Below the pieces are notes generated by a model. It was not told the origin of the DNA. It made no database searches and was given only the letters and a program-made list of their open reading frames with translations. A program made the position numbers and the translations under genes. Shown here one piece after another: positions 51,670-63,661 of a stretch of 64,000 nt of DNA (position 1 is its first letter; every line of letters starts with the position of its first letter). Origin of the DNA: Eledone cirrhosa (Eukaryota); contig OZ024761.1 of NCBI GenBank assembly GCA_964016885.1, positions 10,540,001 to 10,604,000 on the forward strand, read 5' to 3'.

Positions 51670-51842
51670 CTTGACTCGTTTTTTTGGCTTAGATGGTTAA
51701 TGACTTCTTGACCGCCTTCTCGGTTTGTATGGCCTTTATAACCTATGTTTATTGCTCTGGTCTCTTTAGCCCATGGAGCGCTTGACTCGGAATTTGCGTT
51801 GCGTTTCGTTTTTTATACCCGCTGAAATGCACTTCTCGCTGA

Positions 51843-51880
<38 letters not shown>

Positions 51881-52135
51881 ATAATAATAAATTTGAAGAC
51901 TAAAATCCAAAGAGGGCTCGATAAGGATAAATATATAAGAACCCTAGAGCAAATATTTATTAAAATAACAGATTAAAGTTTAAGCAAAGAAAAGATTCCA
52001 TTAAGGGTGAAGGCAGCGATTCTTTGCTTAAACTTTAATCTGTTAATTTAATAAATATATATATATATATTTATATATAAAATGTGTGACTGTGTAGGTT
52101 ATGTATGTATATGTATGAATGTATATGTGTATATA

Positions 52136-52236
52136 CAGGGTGTCCCCAAAAAATGTATACATACTTTGATTACCTGTACAGGTAGTATTCATTAGAATAC
52201 TGTTGAAATGTGTATACATTTTTGGGGGACACCCTG
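52136..52236. mobile_element. Tc1/mariner-type MITE, 101 bp
   Basis: TA-cagggtgtccccaaaaaatgtataca...tgtatacatttttgggggacaccctg-TA. Related copies at about 10453-10656, 10715-10805 and 63251-63346. Confidence 0.82.
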
Positions 52237-52831
52237 TATGTATACTAGCATGGAAAATGGACGTTAAACAACGATGATGATGTATATGTGTGTGTGTGTC
52301 ATCATCATCATCGTTTAACGTCCATCTTCCACGCTAGCATGGATTAAACGGGAGTTGTCCCACTTAAGGCAAGGTTGGTCGGGTGACCGTGTCTCGCTCG
52401 TATAGGACTATCTAGCAGGTTTTCTACGGCTGGATGCCCTTCCTAACACCAACCACATTTACAGTGTGGAACTGGGAACTTTTTACCGTGTTTCCTACAC
52501 GGCCACATTACAGCGTGGACTGTGAGTAGTTTTTTTATATATATTTATTTATTAAAATAACAGATTAAAGTTTAAGCAAAGAATCACTACTTTCACCCTT
52601 CTTGTAATTTTAATAAATATTTGCTCTAGGGTTCTTATATATGTGATATATATTTATCCTTATTGAGCCCTCTTTGAATTTTAGTCTTCACATTTATTAT
52701 TATTACTATATAATAGTAATAATAATAAATGGTTGACTTTGCCTTTCATCCTTACGGGGTCGATAAAATAAAGTACCAGTAATGCACTGGGTAATTGCTG
52801 GCCTTGTGCCTAAAGTAGAAACAATTATTAT

Positions 52832-52867
<36 letters not shown>

Positions 52868-52871
<4 letters not shown>

Positions 52872-53450
52872 ATAATAATAAATTTGAAGACTAAAATCCA
52901 AAGAGGCTCGATAAGGATAAATATATATCAAATATATAAGAACCGTAGAGCAAATATTTATTAAAATAACAGATTAAAGTTTAAGCAAAGAATCGCTGCT
53001 TTCACCCTTAATGGGATCTTCTGAAACTAACAAAGTCAATCTGTGAACGCAGAAGTGAATATTTCGAAAAACGTTGCAACCGGAGGAAGACAGGAAGACG
53101 ATACTTTGGTTCGTGGAAACGTTCCCTGGCAAAGAACGGGAAAAAACGAATATAATACGTTATTAGTTGGAGCGGTGAAAAACAATTACACGCAAAGACA
53201 AAACCACGTTTATGGTATAAAAGAAGTCGTAGACTAATATTCTCTTAGGTTCATAGAGACGTTCTCTGGCAATGAACGGTAAAAACGAAGATAATACGTC
53301 ATATGTGGAGCGTGGAGAACAATTGGACACAAAGACAAAACTACGTAAATGGAATAACTGAAGTCGTAGACTAAAATTCTAACTAGGAAACCGAATGATT
53401 CTCGGCTTCAGAGTTAGGAATAAAGTAAATAAAATACAGAGGTAATTGAA
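52868..53450. mobile_element. Unclassified interspersed repeat that inserts in (TA)n, longest copy
   Basis: Begins tagtaataataataaatttgaagactaaaatccaaaga. Homologous pieces at 4141-4315, 27845-27995, 31644-32000, 51878-52055 and 52548-52720. Confidence 0.7.
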
Positions 53451-53604
53451 ATTAAATAAATACATACACGCATCCATATATTTCATACACAAGCATACGC
53501 GAAAACACTTGCTATAGGTATACAAATACACGCATATATAAATATGTGTGTGTGTGTGTGTGCGTGTATACAAATAATTAAATAAACAATATAAATAAAT
53601 AAAT

Positions 53605-53695
53605 ACGTATATGTATGTATATATATATATGTATGTATATATATATATATGTATATATATATATGTATATATATGTATATATATGTATATATATG

Positions 53696-53792
<97 letters not shown>

Positions 53793-53831
53793 GTATGTAT
53801 ATATATATATGTATGTATATATGTATATATA

Positions 53832-53878
<47 letters not shown>

Positions 53879-53883
53879 ATATG

Positions 53884-53914
<31 letters not shown>

Positions 53915-53919
53915 ATATG

Positions 53920-53950
<31 letters not shown>

Positions 53951-54099
53951 ATATGTATATATATATATATATATATGTGTGTATATATGTATATATATAT
54001 ATATATATGTGTATATATATATATATGTGTATATATATATATATATATATAAATATGTATATATATATGTATATATATATATATAAATATATGTATATA

Positions 54100-54143
<44 letters not shown>

Positions 54144-54153
54144 TATGTATATA

Positions 54154-54197
<44 letters not shown>

Positions 54198-54237
54198 TAT
54201 GTATATATATATGTGTATATATATATATATGTATATA

Positions 54238-54308
<71 letters not shown>

Positions 54309-54465
54309 ATATGTATATATATATATATGTATGTATATATGTATATATATGTGTATATATATATATGTGTATATATATATATGTGTATATATATATGTGT
54401 ATATATATATGTATGTATATATGTATATATATGTGTATATATATATATGTGTATATATATATGTG

Positions 54466-54503
<38 letters not shown>
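53605..54503. repeat. About 0.9 kb (TA)n/(TATG)n array
   Basis: Direct inspection. Confidence 0.95.
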
Positions 54504-54504
<1 letters not shown>

Positions 54505-55079
54505 CATCATCATCATCATCATCATCAGGTTTAGCGTCCGTGTTCCACGCTTGCATGGGTTTGGACGGGGGTTTTCCCACTTGAGGCAAGAGTGGTTGTC
54601 TTGCTCGCATAGGACTGTCTGGCGGGTTTTCTACAGTTGGATGCCCTTCCTAACACCAACCACATTTACAGTGTGGGGCTGGGAGGTTTTTACCGTGTTG
54701 CCTACACGGCCACATTACAGCGTGGACTGTCTGGCGGGTTTTCTACAGCTGGATGCCCTTCCTAACACCAACCACATTTACAGTGTGGGGCTGGGAGGTT
54801 TTTACCGTGTTGCCTACACGGCCACATTTACAGCGTGGACTGTGTGTTTTTTGTCGTGACACCTACACGATCTCATTTGTTTCGGCCTGGATGTTGTGGG
54901 ACCAACATAACTTTACATTGAAAGGGGCGGTGTGGAGGTGGTGGGACGGGGGTGTGTTTTGATAGAGGTGCCTACTGACTGTAGTAGGTTTTTACTTTGT
55001 ATTTAGGTAAGGCGGGTCTTCTCTATTACTGTGTACCGCCAAAGGTCTCGGTCCAGTGACATTGTCTTGGAGAGGTGTA
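54504..55079 (-). mobile_element. 3' fragment of the second RTE subfamily with an internal tandem duplication
   Basis: (ATG)n tail. A block of about 110 bp (ggactgtctggcggg...cacattacagcgt) is duplicated. ORF end LHLSKTMSLDRDLWRYTVIEKTR. Confidence 0.8.
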
Positions 55080-56223
55080 ATACATATATATACATATATA
55101 CACACATACATACATAAGGAGTAGTAGTGTTTTCAACTGTTTACCTGCCGACGCTATTATTCACAATATCCATGACAAAAAAATAAAATAAGTTAAAAAA
55201 CAACATTGACCGAAGGTGAATCATCTGAGTGTTATGTAAATTAGTAGAACAAGGTATGTTACTAAGTTTATGTGACTAGTTTATTATCTCTACAAGATAA
55301 TGTATCACTGTTAAGATAGAATACATGTAAGAACATAATAGTAGAATTGGTAGAATGTCAGAGAATATGCTGACCAAACGTAGTATCAACCACGACCAAA
55401 CGTAGTATCAACCACGGCCAAACTTACTATCAGATACGACCGTGCTTATGATGTAGCTTATAGACAAACTTATGTTCAAACTTATGATCAAACCGATGAT
55501 CGAACATGACTCAACTTATTACCATTCCTATGACTAAACCTATCATCATATGATCAAAAGCATATCCATGACAGCAATGTCCATTTCACATAATTTTATT
55601 TTTAGAGCTACCTAGGACTACGACCAAGCTTATGACAAAACTAATTATCAAACATGACCAAGCTTATTATCAAACATGACCAAACAGGACTACATTATCC
55701 AATGTGTTCTATCTTCAGACAATATGGGTTTGGGATTTCAGGGAGATTTGGCTACTTTTTCTAGCAACACAAGCAACCAGATAGTGAAGAAATCATTATT
55801 GTCATTAACTAAGTGTTAATTATTAAATCCTCATTGTGTTTTAAATCAGCAACAATTGCTTCGTATTGCTAGATCAAAGATCTTTCTAGATAATCAGTTA
55901 TTACTGATAAGCAATTTCCCAAATCTATAAATTATCTGAAATAAACATTCTGTGTATTTTTCCCTCTCTTTCTCTCCCTCATTCTGTCTCTCTTTCCATC
56001 CCTCATTCTGTCTCTCTCTCCCTCCCTCCCTCCCTATCTCTCTCATTCTTTCTCTCTTTCCTTTTCTCATTCTTTCTTGTTCTCTCTCTCCTTCCCTCAT
56101 TCTCTCTCATTTCTCTCTTTGCCTTTCATCCTTACAGGGTTGATAAAATAAAGAACCAGTAATACACTGTGATAATTGCTGGCCTTGTGCCAAAAAGTAG
56201 AAACAATTATTTCTCTCTCTCAT

Positions 56224-56299
<76 letters not shown>

Positions 56300-56777
56300 C
56301 CCCTCCCCCCTCTCTCTCTCTCTCTGTTGAGAAGCACCTGAGTATCCCCTCACCCATCCCTCTACTTCACCTGTCATCTGTCTTCTGTTTGTGTCTGTTT
56401 GTCTCTGTCTCTGGTGGATTAAACACCTCACCTCTGATTGTCACCATGTCGGGCACTTACAACCAAGTTCTGTCTTTCTTACACTCCGGTAGGTTCCACC
56501 ACTATTTGTCCTTTCTTCTTCTTCTTGTTGATGTTGATGTTGTGTGGGTTTGTGGGTTTTTGTTTTAGGAATGGCACGACCTTGTTAGGGGCACATAGGT
56601 GTAGTGAAGCTGTTGATCCAGTCTACACAGCTTGTGATGGTTGGGGTGTACCAACAGTAGTGACTGTGAGTTAAACCATGAAGTGGATTAGGGTCTGGGC
56701 CAGGGATGGAGGTTTTTTATAGGAGGTGTGTCGCGTATCATTAAAATCCCAGAAAATACTCTTTTGAGTTACTACAT

Positions 56778-57157
56778 GGCACATGGCTTAGTGGTTAGAG
56801 CATTGGCCTTGTAATCGAAAGGTTGTGAGTTCAATTCTCAGACCGGGTGATGTGTTGTTTCTTTGAACAAGACTTTATTTCACATAGTTCCAGTTTACTC
56901 AGCTGTAGAAATGTGATGATAGGGACTGGGGTCCCTATCATTCCACTGCAAAGTGATCATGGAGGTACCACGGCAAAAAAGCACCCAGCACTCACTGTAA
57001 AGTGGACGTGGAGGTGCCATGGAAAAAAAAGCACCCAGCACTCACTGTAAATGAGGTTGGTGATAGGAAGGGCATCCAGCTGTAGAAATCAAGCCAGAAT
57101 CAGTTCCCGTCCCACCCTTGCAAGCAGGGAAAAGTGGACGTAAAATGATGATGATGA
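56778..57157 (+). mobile_element. Full-length tRNA-derived CORE-type SINE with RTE-derived 3' end
   Basis: A-box tggcttagtgg, B-box gagttcaattc, CORE-like block (tgttgtttctttgaacaagactttatttcac), a tail matching the LINE 3' UTR, and an (ATG)n end. Confidence 0.88.
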
Positions 57158-57847
57158 CAACTTTGAAGGAGGCCAACTAAACCTTTATAGGTGTGAGCTG
57201 TAACAACAACATGATAGGGCTGAGGCCTCTATCATTAAAACACCCAGGAAACCTCCTTTTAGCTATAAACTTATAGGAGACCAGCTAAACCTACAGAAGT
57301 GTGAGCTATAATAGCTCTTCCAACGTGTGGGCCCTCATTTGCTCACAATGGGGAGAGTGGGAGGGACGGGGGTAGTGACAGTGGGGATTTGGTTCTTTTG
57401 TGTTCAGACCTGGTGTATATATGTGTATATAAGAGAGAATGAGTCTAAAAGCTGTATCTGAAGTTAAGATTTAATTTTGAATTCTTGAATTACATAAGCT
57501 GATGTATAGTGTGTAAACAAGGGCCACTGGTTTAAGTCCATTTACCCTGCTAAAGCAGGGGTTAGCTCTGCAGATCCCATGACATGTTATATATGCATCA
57601 TGGGGGTAGCGGGTTGAGGCAATGTTTTAAAGCTAGATATCATTCTTTCCTGGTACCAACCATTTTAGTCACCTTTAATGACCTGCAGGAATACGGAGCA
57701 CTTGATTGTTGAGTGTTGGTGGTGGTAGGAGGAAATAGTAGTGTTGGATAGTGGTGGTGGTAGGAGGAAATAGTAGTGTTGAATAGTGGTGGTGGTGGTG
57801 TTGAATGCTGGTCAATATAGATAGCACCTTATCTACTATCACAACTT

Positions 57848-58335
57848 CATCATCATCGTTTAACGTCTATCTTCCATGCTAGCATGGGTTAGACGGGAAT
57901 TGTCCCACTTGAGGCAAGATTGATCGGGTGACCGTGTCTCGTTCTTATAGGACTATCTGGCAGGTTTTCTATGGCTGGATGCCCTTCCTAACACCAACCA
58001 CGTTTACAGTGTAGACTGGGAGCCTTTTTACCGTGTTACCTACAGGACCACTTTACAACGTGGACTGTGTTGTCATGACACCCTACACAACCTCTTTAGT
58101 TTGGACTGGATGTTGTGCTACCAACATAACTTTATAGAGAAAGGGTGGTGTTGGTGGGAGTGAGAGGATGGAGTAGGGGTAGTGGTTTGGAGGGGCCTAC
58201 AGACTGTAGGTTAACTTTGTACGTGGGGAAGGCGGGTCTTCTGTATTATTGCATGGCGCCAAAGATCTCGTTCCAGTGACATTGTCTTAGATAGGTGTAA
58301 GTGTACGAGGTCAGAATTTATCATGTCGTCTCAGG
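57848..58335 (-). mobile_element. 3' fragment of a second RTE subfamily
   Basis: (ATG)n tail, related 3' UTR, and ORF end reading DDMINSDLVHLHLSKTMSLERDLWRHAIIQKTR on the minus strand. Confidence 0.8.
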
Positions 58336-58694
58336 TAAAAATAGATTTTAACTAAATATGTACACTCAGTATAGATGGGGGGGGGGGGGTATGACACTGT
58401 GTAGATATGTAGGGGTTACTACAGCCAGGGTAGATATATGGGGATTAGTATGAGACAGTGTAGTTATATAGTGGGGGGGGGGGGGTTACTACAGCCAGTG
58501 TAGATATATATGGGGGTTAGTATGAGACAGTGTAGTTATATAGTGGGGGGTTACTACAGCCAGTGTAGATATATATGGGGGTTAGTATGAGACAGTGTAG
58601 TTATATAGTGGGGGATTAGTACAGCCAGTGTAGATATATATGGGGGTTAGTATGAGACAGTGTAGTTATATAGTAGGGGGTTACTACAGCCAGT

Positions 58695-61600
58695 CATCAT
58701 CATCATCATCATCATCACCGTTTTACGTCCGTTCTTCCACGCTAGCATGGGTTAGACGGGTTGTCCTGTTGTGGGCAGTGTCTGGTCGGCTGACCATGCC
58801 TTGCTCATACAGGAACTGATCTGGCTTGATTTCTACAGCTGGATGCCCTTCCTAACACCAACCTCATTTACAGTGAGTGCTGGGTGCTTTTTCGTGGCGC
58901 CTACACGTCCACTTTACAGTGTGGGCTGGGTGCTTTTTTGCCGTGGCACCTCCACGACCACCTTGCGGTGGGGGGGGGGGGGGGGGGCATATTGTTTATA
59001 TGCTTCAGCATGTACCCATGGGAGGTCGGGTACCCTGTATTACTGCGTGACGCCAGAAGTCACGGTCGTGTGTCATTGACTTTGAGAGGTGTAGTTGGGT
59101 AAGGTCGGCTTTTATCACCTCATCCCAAGTCATCTTGGGTCTCCCCACTCCGCGGTTTCCATCAACTTCTAGTGCTCTGCACCTTTTTATGCAGCTGTTA
59201 TCCTTCATACGCATCACATGTCCATACCAGCGTAACCGCCTCTCCTGCACGCAGCATTTGATTCCTCTTATGCTCAGTCTCTCTCTCAATTCATTTATGC
59301 TTTGTCGTTCACGTATATTACTGTTACACATCCATCGGAGCATGCAGGCTTCGTTTCTCTCTAATCTACGTAAGTCTTCCACCTTCAGCGCCCAGGTCTC
59401 ACTACCATGCAACATCGCTGTTCGGATACACGCATCATACAGTCTGCCTTTCATTCTGAGGGAGAAGCCTTTTGCAGCTAGCAGTGGTAGTAGTTCCCTA
59501 AACTTCTTCCATCCCGTTCTTACCCTAGTTATTGTACTTTCTGAGCACCCACCTCCGTTGCTAATTCGGTCACCTAGGTAGCAGAAGCTGTCTACTGTTT
59601 CTACAGGGCCCTCCCAGAGATTGGTGGTACTTGTTTCCTGTGGCTGTTTGCTTGCTGTTTCAGCACAGCTGCTGCATGTGAATCCTACATTCTTAATTAA
59701 GCTTCCTGAGATCCCGCTACATCTCTTGTGTACCCATTGTTTGCATTTGGGGCAAAGAATGGAGTTCCTACCTACACCTTTCCTACATACTGAGCAAGGC
59801 CATTTCCCTGAGGGGATCTGGGTTCTGTTTTCTCGTCTACTTATAAGGACCTTAGTCTTTGTCATGTTGACTTTGAGGCCCTTTCTCTCTAGTCCCTGCT
59901 TCCAGGTTTGGAATTTATTCTCTAGTTCTACCATAGATTCAGCTATGAGTGCGAGGTCATCAGCATACAGGAGTTCCCATGGGCATCCGGTCTTAAACTC
60001 CTCCGTTATTGCCTGCAGGACTATGATGAACAGGAGAGGGCTAAGAACAGAGCCCTGGTGGACCCCAACCTGTACGCTAAATTCCTCGCTATACTCATTG
60101 CCAATCCTAACTTTGCTGACTGCTCCCCTATACATGGCTTGTACCGCTTTCACAAGCCATTCATCTACTCCTAGTTTTCTAAGAGCCCACCAGATTACTG
60201 CACGTGGAACTCTGTCAAAGGCTTTCTCAAGGTCGACAAATGCCAAGTAGAGTGGCTTACTTTTAGCTAGGTACTTTTCCTGTAATTGCCTCACAAGGAA
60301 GAGCGCATCAGTGGTGCCTTTCCCTGGAACAAACCCAAATTGCATCTCGTCTATATTCACCCGGTCCCTAATCAGCTGTGCTATAACTCTTTCTGTTACT
60401 TTCATGACCTGGTCCATCAACTTTATACCTCTATAGTTTCCTCTATCTAGTGCATCGCCTTTACCTTTGTAGCAGTTGACAATGATGCTACTGCACCAAT
60501 CTTTTGGTATGGCCCCCTCTAGTATTACCTGGTTAACGATACGTGTGGTTATAGTGTGACCTACAGACCCAGATGCCTTCAGCATCTCGGCAGCTATACC
60601 CGATGGACCGGTTGCCTTCCCTATCTTCATATCTCTGATTGCCTTACTTACTACGCTGCCGCTGACTTGTACTGCTGGTCCCTCTATAGGGTCTACGTGG
60701 GGTAGGGTCTCTTCTTCCCATGCATTCTCCTCATTTAGTAATCTATCATAATGACTCTTCCATGCATCTTTCTTCTCAGCACTTGTGAGGGCAAGCTCAC
60801 CTTTATCATTCCGGATACACTTCTCTCCAATGACATCACAACTATCTCTGACACACTGCCTCGCAATCTTGAATACCTCCTGTTTCTGGTCCTCACGTTG
60901 TAAAACATGCTTGAATTTTCTATCCTCTGCTTCCCTCCTAGCTAAGTATACTTGTCGCCTAGCTTCCCTCTTGGTCTCTATGTAATGTACCCTGCTCCCC
61001 CCGTTCTTCCATTCTTTCCATGCCTGTCTCTTGGCCTTGACTGCTTCATCTACCTTATTGTTCCACCACCAAGTCACTCTCCTCCTGCTTGAGGTCTTAC
61101 TCCAGCCACAAACCTCATCCGTCGCCTCTAGTAAGTTATTTTTTAGGAACTCCCAGTTCTCTTCTACGTTAAATGTCTCTATCTGTTCTTCTTTACTGTC
61201 GTAGGCGTTGAGTAAAATATCTTTAAATCTGTTACTGGTTGAGGGGACTTTCAGCTTCCAGATCTTTCTTCTCCAGGTTGGCCTCTGTTTCAGGGCTCGT
61301 CTAGTTCTGACCGTGAGGTCGCTGACAACTAAGCTATGTTGGGATGTACATTCCTCACTAGGGAAGGCTTTTGTGTTTACGACCGTCCATCTGTCACGTC
61401 CTCTGATGAGGATAAAATCTAACTGACTAGAGTGCTCCCCTGATCTATAGGTGATCAGGTGGTTGTCGGGTTTTTTAAAGTTTGTGTTACATATCGACAT
61501 GTCATTGGCGTCGCAGAATTCTAGAAGTCTGAATCCTTCCTCATTCCTTGTGCCAACTCCATGGCCTCCATGTACTCTATTGAAGCCGTCGCAGTGTTTA

Positions 61601-62032
61601 CCTACGTGTCCGTTAAAATCTCCTGCAATGATTAGGAAGTCCTTGTCGTCTGTTAGAGCAGTAGTGTGTATTAGGGACTCGTAAAACCTATCCTTAAGTT
61701 CGTCTGGCAGCCCCGATTGGGGTGCGTAAGCTGATATTATTGTGGTAATTGTCTTATTCAGGACTAGTCTGAGTTTAATGATTCTTGCATTTACCCTGTA
61801 CACTGAGATTACTTTATCTACCCACTTGTCAGCTAATAGTATACCTACACCACCCATCCCATCGTCATTTCCCACCCAGAAAAATTTGTAGCACTGGCTT
61901 TTTCCTACAAGGACTCTAGCAGACCCTCCTCTCCATCTAGTCTCTTGCACACAGCATACATCAACTTCCTTTCGCTCTAGCATTTCTACGATTTCTCCTG
62001 CTCTTCCTTTCATTGAGCCTACATTGATGGTA
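58695..62032 (-). mobile_element. RTE-clade non-LTR retrotransposon (LINE), near full length, slightly 5'-truncated, antisense in intron M-N
   Basis: (ATG)n tail from 58695, about 300 nt of 3' UTR, and a single open ORF. Both ends abut CCAGT (58690-58694 and 62033-62037) inside a minisatellite. Confidence 0.96.
59005..62013 (-). CDS. RTE LINE ORF, 1002 aa: AP-endonuclease plus reverse transcriptase, with a Cys-rich insert
   Basis: APE motifs (GTINVGS upstream of the Met, VQETRW, SAYAPQ, GDFNGHVG, LDFIL, SQHSLV). RT motifs (NYRGIKL, QFGF, FVDLEKAFDRV, GVHQGSVLSPLLF, LYADDL, FCYLG). RTE C-terminus (RRLRWYGHV, GRPKMTW). Confidence 0.96.
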   Translation of the reverse strand: MKGRAGEIVEMLERKEVDVCCVQETRWRGGSARVLVGKSQCYKFFWVGNDDGMGGVGILLADKWVDKVISVYRVNARIIKLRLVLNKTITTIISAYAPQSGLPDELKDRFYESLIHTTALTDDKDFLIIAGDFNGHVGKHCDGFNRVHGGHGVGTRNEEGFRLLEFCDANDMSICNTNFKKPDNHLITYRSGEHSSQLDFILIRGRDRWTVVNTKAFPSEECTSQHSLVVSDLTVRTRRALKQRPTWRRKIWKLKVPSTSNRFKDILLNAYDSKEEQIETFNVEENWEFLKNNLLEATDEVCGWSKTSSRRRVTWWWNNKVDEAVKAKRQAWKEWKNGGSRVHYIETKREARRQVYLARREAEDRKFKHVLQREDQKQEVFKIARQCVRDSCDVIGEKCIRNDKGELALTSAEKKDAWKSHYDRLLNEENAWEEETLPHVDPIEGPAVQVSGSVVSKAIRDMKIGKATGPSGIAAEMLKASGSVGHTITTRIVNQVILEGAIPKDWCSSIIVNCYKGKGDALDRGNYRGIKLMDQVMKVTERVIAQLIRDRVNIDEMQFGFVPGKGTTDALFLVRQLQEKYLAKSKPLYLAFVDLEKAFDRVPRAVIWWALRKLGVDEWLVKAVQAMYRGAVSKVRIGNEYSEEFSVQVGVHQGSVLSPLLFIIVLQAITEEFKTGCPWELLYADDLALIAESMVELENKFQTWKQGLERKGLKVNMTKTKVLISRRENRTQIPSGKWPCSVCRKGVGRNSILCPKCKQWVHKRCSGISGSLIKNVGFTCSSCAETASKQPQETSTTNLWEGPVETVDSFCYLGDRISNGGGCSESTITRVRTGWKKFRELLPLLAAKGFSLRMKGRLYDACIRTAMLHGSETWALKVEDLRRLERNEACMLRWMCNSNIRERQSINELRERLSIRGIKCCVQERRLRWYGHVMRMKDNSCIKRCRALEVDGNRGVGRPKMTWDEVIKADLTQLHLSKSMTHDRDFWRHAVIQGTRPPMGTC

Positions 62033-62380
62033 CCAGTGTAGATATATATGGGGGTTAGTATGAGACAGTGTAGTTATATAGTGGAGGATTAGTACAGCCA
62101 GTGTAGATATATATGGGGGTTAGTATGAGACAGTGTAGTTATGTAGTGGGGGTTACTACAGCCAGTGTAGATATATATATGGGGGTTAGTATGAGACTGT
62201 AGTTATATGGTAAGGGTTACTACAGCCAGTGTAGATATATGGGGGTTATATATCTACACAGTGTAGTTATATATGGGGGTTAGTATGACACAATGTAGTT
62301 ATATGGTAGGGGTTACTACAGCCAGGGTTATTTTGATAACGAAGGAAAGTGTGTCATTTTTGTCTCAATTTTTGTTTCAG

Positions 62381-62559
62381 ACTTTGGAATGGCTGCCATC
62401 ATTGTCATTTGTGTTGGTTTCCTGCTCTTCATGATCATTCTGGGTGTTATTCGGATCCGTGCCGCCCACAAACGTACCCAGGTGGTCGCTGTAGATGAGA
62501 AGCAGGAAATGGAATGGGATAACTCTGCCCTAAACATCACTGTCAATCCAATGGATCAG
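62381..62559 (+). CDS. CLSTN: Calsyntenin exon N: TM helix, W-acidic motif 1, NP motif
   Basis: Acceptor tttgtttcag, donor CAG|gtacgt. Encodes NFGMAAIIVICVGFLLFMIILGVIRIRAAHKR...EMEWDNSALNITVNPMDQ. Confidence 0.96.
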
Positions 62560-62737
62560 GTACGTGTGTATCAGATGGAAGGATATACATATTCACTATA
62601 TCTGTGTATGTGTGTGTCTGTGCCTTTGCCTGTATGTGTATGTATGTGTGTGTGTGTCTGTGCCTTTGCCTGTATGTGTATGTATGTGTGTGTGTGTCTG
62701 TGCCTTTGCCTGTATGATTGTGTATGTGTGTAGACCT

Positions 62738-62962
62738 CGAGCAAGATGGTTGGATAACATCCATGAGCTTGGCTGGTCTTGCTTGGGTATCCAGCCAGAT
62801 CAGTTGGAGACGGTTGCTTCTGACAGGACCCGCTGGAAGGAATGCTTGAGGACTCTGCCCTCCACGTTTGACTTTTACACCTCCCTTCTGATGTCTTTTG
62901 TTTTCCTTCTCCTGTCACTGGGCTTCGTTGCCAGAAGTTTTACCCATCTCCATTGTAGAGGC
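62738..62962 (+). mobile_element. Expander/REX3-like RTE C-terminal fragment between 12-bp direct repeats
   Basis: Reads RPRARWLDNIHELGWSCLGIQPDQLETVASDRTRW. GTGTGTAGACCT occurs at 62726-62737 and 62963-62974. A related 3' end with a (GAA)n tail lies at about 44348-44445. Confidence 0.62.
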
Positions 62963-63661
62963 GTGTGTAGACCTTAGAGAAGGTGTGTGGCCGAGTGGTT
63001 AGAGAAGTGGATTCGCAATCATGAGGAAAGAGAAGTGGATTCGCATTGGGCTTGCAATTGGGAGATTGTGAGTTCGATTCCTGGACCAAGCGAAGTGTTA
63101 TTATGTCCTTGAGCAAGACACTTTATTTCATGTTGCTCCAGTTCACTCAGCTGTAAAAATGAGTTGCAATGTCACTGATGCCAAGGTGTATCGGCCTTTG
63201 CTTTTCCAACATCATATATATTGTATATATAGTGTGTGTGGGTATATATACAGGGTATCACCCAAAAATGTATACACACTTTGATTACCTGTACAGGCAA
63301 TATTTATTAGAATGCTGTTGAAGTGTGTATATATTTTAGGGGGACATAGTTTTACATTTTACAATAATATAACTTCATCATGCACATAACACAAAGGATT
63401 AAAAGACTTTCTGGTTGATATGAGATGTATATGACCTTATTTACCACAGTTGTAAGACAGTGAGATATGACCTGGAGTTGCGACTGATAGATAGTAATGG
63501 CAATTGGAAAGACTAACGGAAACATTGTTTCCTCGGTTCGATTGACTGTCGATTGTAGAAGCTTCCAAACTGACTATTTTTCATATTCCACAATGCTTCA
63601 AGCAAACCTGAACACTCTCTTATAATTTTTTTTCTTTTTTTTTTTTCCTCTCTATTTTCAG

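Larger units (their letters stand above)
58385..62327. repeat. Minisatellite of about 62-bp units split by the LINE (58385-58694 and 62033-62327)
   Basis: Unit tacagccagtgtagatatatatgggggttagtatgagacagtgtagttatatagtgggggg on both sides of the LINE. Confidence 0.9.

Noticed and set aside
56778-56850. Possible tRNA genes at SINE heads
   Set aside because: A and B boxes are present, but they run straight into SINE body sequence without a complete cloverleaf.
59135-61684. Plus-strand ORFs overlapping the LINE (also 14661-15491)
   Set aside because: Antisense shadows of the RTE ORF with no recognisable motifs.
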